Positions 19,139 through 29,447 of a DNA stretch of 64,000 nucleotides are shown one piece after another (positions within the stretch are counted from its first letter, which is position 1; each line of letters starts with the position of its first letter). Made by a program: the position numbers and the translations under genes. This DNA comes from Thermaerobacter marianensis (GTDB lineage Bacteria > Bacillota > Sulfobacillia > DVGY01): positions 1,240-65,239 of the forward strand of contig DYGY01000009.1 of assembly GCA_020724425.1 (NCBI GenBank). The letters are read 5' to 3'. The notes under the pieces are model-generated. The model ran no database searches. It was not told the DNA's origin and was given only the letters and a program-made list of their open reading frames with translations.

Positions 19139-20128
19139 ATGAAGGGAGCAAAGTGTCGGACATATATAATAGGTGTACTAGCTATTGTCGGGATGATTTT
19201 AATCAATGGGTGTACCATGCAAACTGAGCCTACAGAACCGAAAAAAGTAGTTCCCCATATTGAAAGATGGGGTATCTACTATTTAGATCTTTCTACCGAG
19301 CTTGTTGAACTTATTTACAGTACTGACAAGGAGATTAGCGGCATTAGTTTGGATCATACTGGTGAGAGACTTGCGTTTTCACTTAAAGGAAGTGCAGAAA
19401 TTCTTGATGCAAGTTCGGAAATTTATACCATCCATACAGATGGGGCGAAGCTACAACGTCTTACCAACAATAATCACTTTGATGCCTATCCCTCTTTTTC
19501 GTTAGATGGTTCAAAGATTGTTTTTCTTTCCAAGCGTAACAGTACATTGTCTCTTTATGTGATGAATATTGATGGGGATAAACAACAGAAACTGTATGAT
19601 TCGGGCGGGCATGATGCGGATGTCAATTGGGGAAGATGCGGACTTATTGTTTTTACCCGAAACCATCAGATATGGTCCTTAGAGTCGGATGGGACAGAAC
19701 CGAAACAAATAACTGATCCACCTAATACTGGCCAGTGGGGATCTGCAAATCTACCCATTGGAGATTATGATCCACGATTGAGTCCGGATTGCTCAAAAGT
19801 CCTTTTTGCGCGCTTGGAGGACCCTAATACAACCCATGGTGGCTACAATCTCTTTGTTATTAATGTAGATGGAACGGAAGAGACTCGCCTGACAAATAAT
19901 GGGTATACTCAGGGTATGCCAAGTTGGTCTCATTCAGGAGATAAAATTGCTTATGTCGTGGCTGCTATCAACAACCAAGGTAAATTTGATATACACATGA
20001 TGGATGCTAACGGAACGAATAATCACAAAATAACGCCGGACTACTTTCCTGATAATTTCTTAGCTCATCAGGCAATTTTCTCAACAGACGATGCTGGGAT
20101 TTTTTTTATTGGACAATGGTGGGAGTGA
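19139..20128 (+). CDS. TolB-like beta-propeller (PD40/WD40-like repeat) lipoprotein
   Basis: Lipobox LINGC. Repeated PD40-like motifs (SLDGSKIVFLS, SPDCSKVLFAR, SHSGDKIAYVV). Confidence 0.6.
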   Translation: MKGAKCRTYIIGVLAIVGMILINGCTMQTEPTEPKKVVPHIERWGIYYLDLSTELVELIYSTDKEISGISLDHTGERLAFSLKGSAEILDASSEIYTIHTDGAKLQRLTNNNHFDAYPSFSLDGSKIVFLSKRNSTLSLYVMNIDGDKQQKLYDSGGHDADVNWGRCGLIVFTRNHQIWSLESDGTEPKQITDPPNTGQWGSANLPIGDYDPRLSPDCSKVLFARLEDPNTTHGGYNLFVINVDGTEETRLTNNGYTQGMPSWSHSGDKIAYVVAAINNQGKFDIHMMDANGTNNHKITPDYFPDNFLAHQAIFSTDDAGIFFIGQWWE

Positions 20129-20341
20129 ATTAGTTGCTGGTGGCATATCAGGTACACATGACCCAGGACATTTATCGGTAAGGGTGAATGGGGTCTGGGG
20201 CGAACCCTAGCTGATCCTTTCCCAGTTCGCGGGAACGCCACGCTAGATGACGATGGCTGGCCATTATTATGAAGATGGTGTGATGATTAAGGCCGACATT
20301 TAACTAGCTTATAGAGAGCAATAATTCTTAGGAGACTCAAA

Positions 20342-21502
20342 ATGAAATCAAAACATATTATCGGCATTATATTGGTATTAACAATTGTCGGCGCTGTTCT
20401 TATGAGAGGTTGGACTGACCAACCAATCATTCCTGAACAAGAAGAAAATGAAACGATAAACTATCCTAGGATGGCTAGCTGGTTAGCCAAAAAGGAAGAA
20501 ATAATTAACAGTGAAAAACCATTTGATCTGGTAATGACAGGCTGGTTTACTCCAGAGGAGGCAAATAAGATCAGGTCGCAAAATCCTAATGCCCTTCTTC
20601 TTGCCGGTTTAACAGTGAATTGGATCTATGACGGTGAAGAATGGATGACACTTTTGACTACAGTGGCCAATTACGGCAGAGATAATGCTATAGAAATAAC
20701 TGAAGAGATGTATTTACACAACGTGAGTGGAGAAAGATGTGCTTTTGGATGGGCGTCCGAAGAATGGGGTCATGCTGAAATATATGCAATGGATCCAAGG
20801 AATGAGCAATGGATAGAACTTATCGTATCGTTTTATGAAACCGTTTTGAACCAACCCCAGCACGACGGCATTATAGTGGACATGGTTACAGAATGGTCTC
20901 CCTGCTCAGAGGCAATAAGTGGTGAAGAATGGGTAGAGGCAACTAAAGCAATCATGGAAAAAATAAAGAACCTCAATGGAGAAAACAAGTTGGTTATCTT
21001 TAATTCAGGTAGGGATATCTCCGAGATAGATGCGTATAAAGGCTATTTTGATGGTTATCTTATGGAGAACTCTCTTGGAAGCTGGGGTGTTACCTTTGAT
21101 GAGGCATTGGAAGAAGCAAAGAGCGGCTATACTATAATTTATGCTGTTGATACCGACGATACGGGGCAGGTAGACTTGTATAGAATGAGGCTAGGTCTAA
21201 CATTAAGCCTTCTTAACGACAACACCTATTTTGCATATGATCTAGGTCCCCGTGACCATGGTCAGGCATGGTGGTTTTCGGAATATGATGTAGACCTGGG
21301 TGAGCCCCTAGGGGAATATTACCAGAAAGATAATGCTTACTGGCGGGAGTTTGAAAAAGGATTTGTTGTCTCTTCTCCCTATGCTGAAATACATATTAAT
21401 TTTGCAAGAGAATATATGGATGTGACAACTGGGATAACGGCAAAATCATTTTTAATAGAACAGGGTGATGGAAGGATATTTATTGAATTTCTAAGCAATT
21501 GA
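20342..21502 (+). CDS. Secreted/membrane-anchored hypothetical protein
   Basis: N-terminal signal anchor MKSKHIIGIILVLTIVGAVLM. No recognisable domain. Confidence 0.45.
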   Translation: MKSKHIIGIILVLTIVGAVLMRGWTDQPIIPEQEENETINYPRMASWLAKKEEIINSEKPFDLVMTGWFTPEEANKIRSQNPNALLLAGLTVNWIYDGEEWMTLLTTVANYGRDNAIEITEEMYLHNVSGERCAFGWASEEWGHAEIYAMDPRNEQWIELIVSFYETVLNQPQHDGIIVDMVTEWSPCSEAISGEEWVEATKAIMEKIKNLNGENKLVIFNSGRDISEIDAYKGYFDGYLMENSLGSWGVTFDEALEEAKSGYTIIYAVDTDDTGQVDLYRMRLGLTLSLLNDNTYFAYDLGPRDHGQAWWFSEYDVDLGEPLGEYYQKDNAYWREFEKGFVVSSPYAEIHINFAREYMDVTTGITAKSFLIEQGDGRIFIEFLSN

Positions 21503-21519
21503 TTAAGGAGGAGAATAGA

Positions 21520-23979
21520 ATGATAATATCAGCAAAAAAACCCATCACGGCCATAATTGCCATTTTGCTCCTTCTTATCCTTGCATCGCTTATAATAAAG
21601 GACCCGGGAAGGGATACTGAAGGGATGCTTTTGCCTGGAGAAATGACCGTTACGCCCCTGCCTGAGGGAACGGACGAAGTAAGATTTCCCACTACTGAAA
21701 TCGGAACCATGAGCACTGTGGAAATCTTTCAGATAGAAAATACGGGACAAAAAGGGACAGGAGTATTTGACGTATCCCTGACGGGACCGGCATCCGGTAA
21801 TTTTATAATCCAGGGCCTTCTGGAAAACAAGAGCCTGGGACCGGGGGAAAATATTACATTTGCTGTTTACTTTATTCCTCAGGAGCCAGGTACACATACG
21901 GCATCCTTGTTAATAACAACCGAACTGAACGGTGTCAGGGAGAGTACGATCAATGTGACGGGAACAGCAGTCAGAAGTTTTGATTATCCGTTGCTTCCCC
22001 CGCGGTCCCCGGAACCGCCTGTGGCTGTTATTGCGGCCTTCGAAGGAGATAAGATCATGATAACCTGGAATGATGCTCCAAATGCTTCGCTGCCAGAGAG
22101 TTATAATCTTTATATTTCCTCTGAGCCGTTTCCGCCTGATAGTGAAATAAATTTTTCCGGCTCAAACTTGCCGAGCAATATTTCCAAGATTAGCAATGCC
22201 TCAAGACCGTATCTTCACTTAGATTATTCTCTAAACCAAACGCTTTATTTTGCGGTATCTTCCCAGAACGACATCGGGGAGGGAAGGTTATCGGAAACTG
22301 TATCCGTGAGGCCTTCAACAACATATTATGTCAGTTCCTTAAACGGTAATGACTCAAATGACGGCCTTTCTCCTAAAACTCCATGGAGAACGCTGGAAAG
22401 AGTTAATTCTCACCAGTTTAAACCGGGGGAGTTTATTCTTTTTGAAAAGGGGACCGAATATTTTGGCAGAATTGACGTCAAGCATTCAGGTCTAGACGGA
22501 ATGCCGATAACATACGGTGCCTATGGAGAAGGAGAAAAGCCCGTAATCAGTGGAATCGGTCAGGTACCAGGATGGGATGATCCGGGATCGTGGAATGAGG
22601 AAGGGGACAATATCTGGTCCATCTATTACGGCCCCTGGAAGATTGCAAACAGGCTCTGGCTTTCGGGCGAAGAATTCATGAAAGCAAAAGGACTTGATTA
22701 CATTGATTCAGTTTACATGTGGTATGCTGAGTATTTTGCTGATGAAGGGGAGAGCATAATTTATCTCTATTCCCAGGGCAACCCAGCAGAAAATTATACT
22801 GACATCAGGGAAGCCAGTGCCTTCGGAACCCCCTTTGTTTTTTGGAGTTCAGACCATATTACTCTTTCTGGCCTAGATATCAGGGGTGGAGGTAATAATA
22901 TGGATATTATCAGTTCCTCAAACCTGATTATTGAAGACTGCCTGATTGGTAATGGTGCAACAATGGGTATTAATGTTGTTGGTGTATGGACCGGATTAAC
23001 CGGTCCCGAAAGCCGTTCGGATAACGGCATTATTAGAGGTTCTGTTATCGACTCCGGTTTTCGCTTTGAATATAATTATCCGAATGTACAGACACAGGAT
23101 GGGATATTGATGACAGATAATGCCAGCGGCTGGAGAATATACGGTAATGAAGTCAGGGACTGGGGACACTCGGGAATAAACCTTATCCAGAGGACCGAGG
23201 GAACGGTGGTTGCAGCTAATCATATTTATGCCAATTATTTCACCTCCGAAGGGATTACCTATGGAAGAGCCTGGGAGGTTTCCGGAGAGCATAACGATGC
23301 GGAAAACAATCATTTTTACCATAATCTTGTTAAGAATACCTCCGTCCACATCCAGATTGGGGGATATAACAATTATGTTTATTACAATATTATTGATACT
23401 GTAAGAAACAGCCCCATAATGCCCTATCCTACAGGAAGCGGCATTGTGCTGATACCCGGAGTTGGCTCTAATAATAACAAAATATTCAATAATATTATCT
23501 ATAATACGGAAAGTGCGGGGATTGTGATTCCGGACTGGCATGGCAGTACCAGTACACGCTACAACGAAGTGTATAACAATATTATAATTAATTGTGGATG
23601 GGGAGCTGAGGAAACACTGCTTCATGCCGGAATTGCCTTAACCTATAGAAGTCACGTTGACGAGCCACCGGCCTCGGAATTTAACATCATAAAAAACAAC
23701 ATTGTTTACTCAGAGTATTCTGAAGCGGTGGCACACCATAGAGGTAACTTACTAACAATAGGTCAGTTTAATAACAAGAACGGCATACTGGGAGATACCA
23801 TCAGCGAAAATTATTTTTTTAACCCCGGGCTGGCTTCTTCCGATGAGGGAAATTATTTGCCTACAGTATTATTTATCATCATTGATAACGGGGTTACGGT
23901 GATGGAAACCTTTGATTTACTAGGAAACCCGGTGCCATCGGGAGAAAGGGCGGATATTGGTCCCTATGAATTTAGATGA
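21520..23979 (+). CDS. Right-handed parallel beta-helix repeat protein (pectate-lyase fold), N-terminal TM anchor
   Basis: Start ATG 21520 after AAGGAGGAG. N/G-rich PbH1-type repeats (NNIIYNTESAGIVI, NNIIINCGWGA, NNIVYSEY). About 820 aa. Confidence 0.6.
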   Translation: MIISAKKPITAIIAILLLLILASLIIKDPGRDTEGMLLPGEMTVTPLPEGTDEVRFPTTEIGTMSTVEIFQIENTGQKGTGVFDVSLTGPASGNFIIQGLLENKSLGPGENITFAVYFIPQEPGTHTASLLITTELNGVRESTINVTGTAVRSFDYPLLPPRSPEPPVAVIAAFEGDKIMITWNDAPNASLPESYNLYISSEPFPPDSEINFSGSNLPSNISKISNASRPYLHLDYSLNQTLYFAVSSQNDIGEGRLSETVSVRPSTTYYVSSLNGNDSNDGLSPKTPWRTLERVNSHQFKPGEFILFEKGTEYFGRIDVKHSGLDGMPITYGAYGEGEKPVISGIGQVPGWDDPGSWNEEGDNIWSIYYGPWKIANRLWLSGEEFMKAKGLDYIDSVYMWYAEYFADEGESIIYLYSQGNPAENYTDIREASAFGTPFVFWSSDHITLSGLDIRGGGNNMDIISSSNLIIEDCLIGNGATMGINVVGVWTGLTGPESRSDNGIIRGSVIDSGFRFEYNYPNVQTQDGILMTDNASGWRIYGNEVRDWGHSGINLIQRTEGTVVAANHIYANYFTSEGITYGRAWEVSGEHNDAENNHFYHNLVKNTSVHIQIGGYNNYVYYNIIDTVRNSPIMPYPTGSGIVLIPGVGSNNNKIFNNIIYNTESAGIVIPDWHGSTSTRYNEVYNNIIINCGWGAEETLLHAGIALTYRSHVDEPPASEFNIIKNNIVYSEYSEAVAHHRGNLLTIGQFNNKNGILGDTISENYFFNPGLASSDEGNYLPTVLFIIIDNGVTVMETFDLLGNPVPSGERADIGPYEFR

Positions 23980-24006
23980 CCAGACAGGGGATAGGGACTT
24001 AGAGAT

Positions 24007-24107
24007 TATATAAGTTTGATGGCTGTCTATACTCTACTAAATCGTGGCACAGTACATGTGATGAATGATGTTCCAGATAGGCTGGTAGCGGCCATCTTCA
24101 GGTACTA
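24007..24107 (+). repeat. Diverged (~85-90%) copy of the 3' end of the 17669-18769 gene
   Basis: ATGGCTGTCTATACTCT(A/A)TTAAATCGTGGCACAGTA...GCGGCCATCTTCAGGTACTAG is shared with 18680-18769. The homology continues into the rubredoxin genes. Confidence 0.8.
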
Positions 24108-24172
24108 GTTAGAGTATTTTCCTCATAACCTGGTTAGTATAGAGGTAATAGTGTGAGGAAAGGAAATAGAGT

Positions 24173-24343
24173 ATGGCCAAATATGTGTGTAGAGCTTGTG
24201 GTTATGAATACTTTGCTCCAGCTGGGGATATTATTGGTGTTTTTGCTCCTAAGACAGGGATAGATGATTTGCCAGATACATGGGTTTGTCCGGTCTGTGG
24301 AGCTGATAGGGAGAGTTTTGAAAAGGAAGAAGCCGATTTTTGA
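24173..24343 (+). CDS. rub: Rubredoxin
   Basis: 56 aa: MAKYVCRACGYEY...WVCPVCGADRESFE, two canonical CxxC(G) knuckles. Confidence 0.85.
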   Translation: MAKYVCRACGYEYFAPAGDIIGVFAPKTGIDDLPDTWVCPVCGADRESFEKEEADF

Positions 24344-24378
24344 GGGTGCGCCTTAGGGATTTTCAATCCCGGAAAAAT

Positions 24379-24406
24379 ATCGGCATAGTTTGGTTTTTAT
24401 TACCGG

Positions 24407-24424
<18 letters not shown>
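24379..24424. terminator. Hairpin ATCGGCATAG...CTATGCCGAT + TTTT (bidirectional)
   Basis: 10-bp inverted repeat downstream of rubredoxin and of the recombinase 3' fragment. Confidence 0.5.
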
Positions 24425-26161
<1,737 letters not shown>

Positions 26162-26166
26162 TTATT

Positions 26167-26310
26167 TCAAGATTTGCTGTACCGTTCAGTATTCATGCGT
26201 TTCAGCTTGTCATAGGCAGTTTCTTTGGCAGTGCTGCTGACCGCTGATTCTATAATGTAAAGCGTATCACCGATTACCTTTTCGGTAACGCTAATGGTCT
26301 TCTCAGCCAT
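26167..26310 (-). CDS. Small hypothetical protein (47 aa) of the integrated element
   Basis: ATG at 26310 preceded by GGAGGAG (rc of 26318-26324). The ORF track extends it to 26451 without an RBS. Confidence 0.35.
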   Translation of the reverse strand: MAEKTISVTEKVIGDTLYIIESAVSSTAKETAYDKLKRMNTERYSKS

Positions 26311-26548
26311 AAGGCACTCCTCCTTTCTGACCTTGGGGGTAGGGGGTAATAAATCCTTACACCCTTTCGAACGTGCAATGGGCGTGGGTTTTCGCGCAAA
26401 AAAACGCGGATTCAAAGGGTGTATTAAGGGGACAACCGGGATAAAATGCATATAATAATAAACTTGATGTGTATTTCATCTTGAAAAGTACCATTTTTAA
26501 GTGAAAAGGCACAGCAGGGTATTCCACTGTGCCTTTTCGTCATATATT

Positions 26549-26962
26549 CTAACCGTTGGTCTCGGTATTCATCTGAATTACCTTCACTACCTCCGGGCGG
26601 ATAAGTTTTCCGTCAATAAACTCAAAGGTAAGGTAACCCATCTGGTCGAGCAGGGCAAACTTCTCTGAGAGTGCCCTCACGCTGACAGGGCTTCTGCAGA
26701 TAACCCAGTAGTAGCTGAAATCACCGAATGCAATAGGCTTAGAACCGGACTCCATATCCGGCATAAACTCCGATATAAATACCTTTTTGCCAAGGATGGT
26801 ATCGTCGCTGTTGCGCCAGAGGTAGTTTGCGGCTTCATCAGTCATTGTGCGAAGGGCAAGGGCTGTGTCGCACATGGCATGGGCGTACTCATCGGAATAG
26901 TAAGTGTGCTGCGGTCGCAGCAGAGTACCTTCCTTATTCATTTTCATAAGTGGATAATTCAT
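26549..26962 (-). CDS. Hypothetical protein of the integrated element (137 aa)
   Basis: Clean ORF in the GC-richer island. No recognisable motif. Confidence 0.4.
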   Translation of the reverse strand: MNYPLMKMNKEGTLLRPQHTYYSDEYAHAMCDTALALRTMTDEAANYLWRNSDDTILGKKVFISEFMPDMESGSKPIAFGDFSYYWVICRSPVSVRALSEKFALLDQMGYLTFEFIDGKLIRPEVVKVIQMNTETNG

Positions 26963-27077
26963 GATTTTTCCTCCTCAAATTAAGATGTTTGAATGTGATT
27001 GATGGTATTTCCTGTAGATACAATTGCTGAGCGTTCGTCATGATGAATCGCTATAGCTATTCCTCCCTCTGGTGATA

Positions 27078-27400
27078 CTTCCGGTGACAGAAGTGACGGT
27101 TCAGTGACAGTAATTTTGATGAACTGTCACGCTGAAAAGCGGCTCGTAGCAAGGCTTTTAAAGCTCAGTGACAAAAGTGACAGAACTTTTCATTTTATAC
27201 TCACAACGACTCATAATCTTTTCCTTGTTCTCTGTACTTTTCCAAACTTTATTTTTCCCGCTAAAAAGTTTGAAAGACTGTCACTGCTGTCACTTGTGGC
27301 TGGAAACCCTTGATATATGGGCTTTTTGACGGTCACAGTTATCTGTGAGAACTGTCACTCGACTGTCACTTCTGTCACTTTTAAGCAAGAAATTCTGTGC
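27078..27400. repeat. Iteron-like array: about 12 copies of GTGACAG/CTGTCAC in two opposed clusters flanking an AT-rich spacer (putative origin)
   Basis: GTGACAG at about 27085, 27103, 27177, with variants GTGACGG and GTGACAA. CTGTCAC at about 27124, 27279, 27288, 27351, 27362, 27372. AT-rich 27185-27270 lies between the clusters. Immediately adjacent to the P4-type primase remnant. Confidence 0.6.
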
Positions 27401-27493
27401 TGTCATAACCATAAGCCTTCTTGTACTGCTCCTTTACCTCAATAGTAAGGGTGAGGTTTTTATAATAGGTGCCTTTATTGGTATGAACGGTCA

Positions 27494-28477
27494 TTATGTC
27501 TCTCTGAACTCTTTGGCTGTCTTGGCAAAGCCGTTATTGTTGTCATGGCACCATGCCCTGTAAACATCGTAGATGCGGCTCGTTGTAGCGGAATCATTAA
27601 ACTTGCCGCCTGACCGTTGGCACATACATTCCTCATAGAAGGAGATCACAGTATTGTTCTCCGACATATATTGTTCTCTTGCAAGGCTTACACTGTCCGG
27701 CTCGGAAAAGCTGTATTCGTGTGCAATGACCGTCTGCAGCGCCTTAACAGCCTTGTAGACTATGCCATCACGCTCGGCATACATTTTGTGTCAAGGAGTG
27801 TTTTGTCCTGCTGGTTCTTTGGAATAACATTAGGGCAACGTACCACTATGATGCGGTCATAGACCCATTTGCCATCATCGCCGCCAAACTTGGGAAGTCT
27901 GTTCATGCAAAACCAGGGCAGCCCGTTGTAGGTGAACTCAAAGGTGCTGTCCTTTGAACTCGGCATAAAGCCTGTCGCCGCCGGTAATTTTTTAAATGTT
28001 TTCAACTCATCTACGGATAGAAAACTCATGTCAGAGCTACCGGCAAGGCGGGTGCCATATATCGCGCCGGTGCCGAAACGCGCTTCAATCTCCTTAAGGT
28101 CGATTCCTATGAAGTTACCCTTGCCGAGCAACCGCTCTACAAGACTCTTTAGCTGAGATTTGCCGGTGTCGCCATCGCCAACAAAGTGCTTTTTTCATTA
28201 GCCATCCCTTGATGTTGGAGATGCATACACCGATAAACTCAAGGAGCAGGTGGTCTATGGCCTTGTCTCCGTCTGTGAGTGTGTGCATATACCTGTCGAA
28301 GACCGGCGTAGGCGTTTCCCTTCTCGTCCAGTTGCACGGAATCTGAATGGTGGAGAGGATATCCGGGGAGTGTGGTACAAGAATGACTTCATCTGCAGTA
28401 ATACGGAGCAGACCATTTTTCGATTTTTGACATTGTAGTGAAGTACTTGTTGTTTGGATTAGGTTAAAGGGAAACAA
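27494..28477 (-). pseudogene. Phage/plasmid P4-family primase-helicase C-terminal region, frameshifted (3 ORF fragments)
   Basis: Reading through the fragments gives ...GDGDTGKSQL... (Walker A) followed by FIGIDLKEIEARFG and a C-terminal PriCT-like region. A frameshift lies at the A6 run near 28195, and another between 27760 and 27784. Confidence 0.6.
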
Positions 28478-28503
28478 AATTACATATTGCTAATACTCGT
28501 TGT

Positions 28504-29436
28504 TCATTTTAGCCCGGCTTTATACATCAATTCTTCTATAATAACCCTATATTTTAAAATGTGCGGCTTAATATCTTGCTGGGTGGTGTTAAACCAAATT
28601 TTATGGGCTGAATAATTGCCGAGATCCTTAAATAGTACCATGTCCTGACAAGTATTTGCTGACAGTGCCAAAGTGGTATTTTGCTCCGCATTTCTGATTA
28701 TTTTATCAAGGGTTGAGTGCCGCCCACTGTTTCCGGTGATTTCCTCCTCAATACCAAGGTTTTGGTATGATAGTACCAAAAGCCCTTCTAATAGCCGCCT
28801 CATCATCACTGCTGTACAGTCAAAGAGATTATTCTCATAACTCGCGTTAATCTGCTTGCATAAGGATCGAATATTAGGCGAGAGGTTTTCGAAAATTGGA
28901 GTTGGAAGAATCGTTCCGTCTTGCTCAATACTAGTTTTGTCTTCATCTTCCCAGTGGTTTATATCATCAATCCATTTTTCCATAGCATCAGACCATTGCG
29001 ACCAATTTCGAGATGAATTGATCAGCCTGTTTACTTCAGTCTGTAAATCCTTCAAAATTTGGTTATCTGTCCAGCCTGATTTTCTTAGGGCTAATATGTA
29101 TCTGTAAAGGATATCATCTACTTTATAATCATTCCAATATGCATATATTTTTTTGCACTTGTTCTTGATATGGGATATCTCTTGGTCAATAGGGTTTTGA
29201 GACCTGTTGTAAGCTATTCCCCCAAGCTTGTTTAAAAATTCATTAACTGATTCTTGAGTTAAGGCTCCATCTTTGTCATAATGAAAATACTGTTTTATGC
29301 CAATATCAATGCATTCAATCAGCAGTTCATATGGATACTTCCTAATGACTTGTGCCAATTGTGCTTTGCCCCTCTCGTTAAGCGAATATGGCGCTATTTT
29401 TTCATTCACCATGCTTTCAATCTTTTTACGCCCCAT
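28504..29436 (-). CDS. DUF4145-like domain protein (Abi-like accessory gene of type I R-M loci)
   Basis: C-terminal region (ANTCQDMVLFKDLGNYSAHKIWF) resembles DUF4145. The gene is markedly AT-richer than the neighbouring hsd genes. Confidence 0.45.
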   Translation of the reverse strand: MGRKKIESMVNEKIAPYSLNERGKAQLAQVIRKYPYELLIECIDIGIKQYFHYDKDGALTQESVNEFLNKLGGIAYNRSQNPIDQEISHIKNKCKKIYAYWNDYKVDDILYRYILALRKSGWTDNQILKDLQTEVNRLINSSRNWSQWSDAMEKWIDDINHWEDEDKTSIEQDGTILPTPIFENLSPNIRSLCKQINASYENNLFDCTAVMMRRLLEGLLVLSYQNLGIEEEITGNSGRHSTLDKIIRNAEQNTTLALSANTCQDMVLFKDLGNYSAHKIWFNTTQQDIKPHILKYRVIIEELMYKAGLK

Positions 29437-29447
29437 AAAGATTTACC

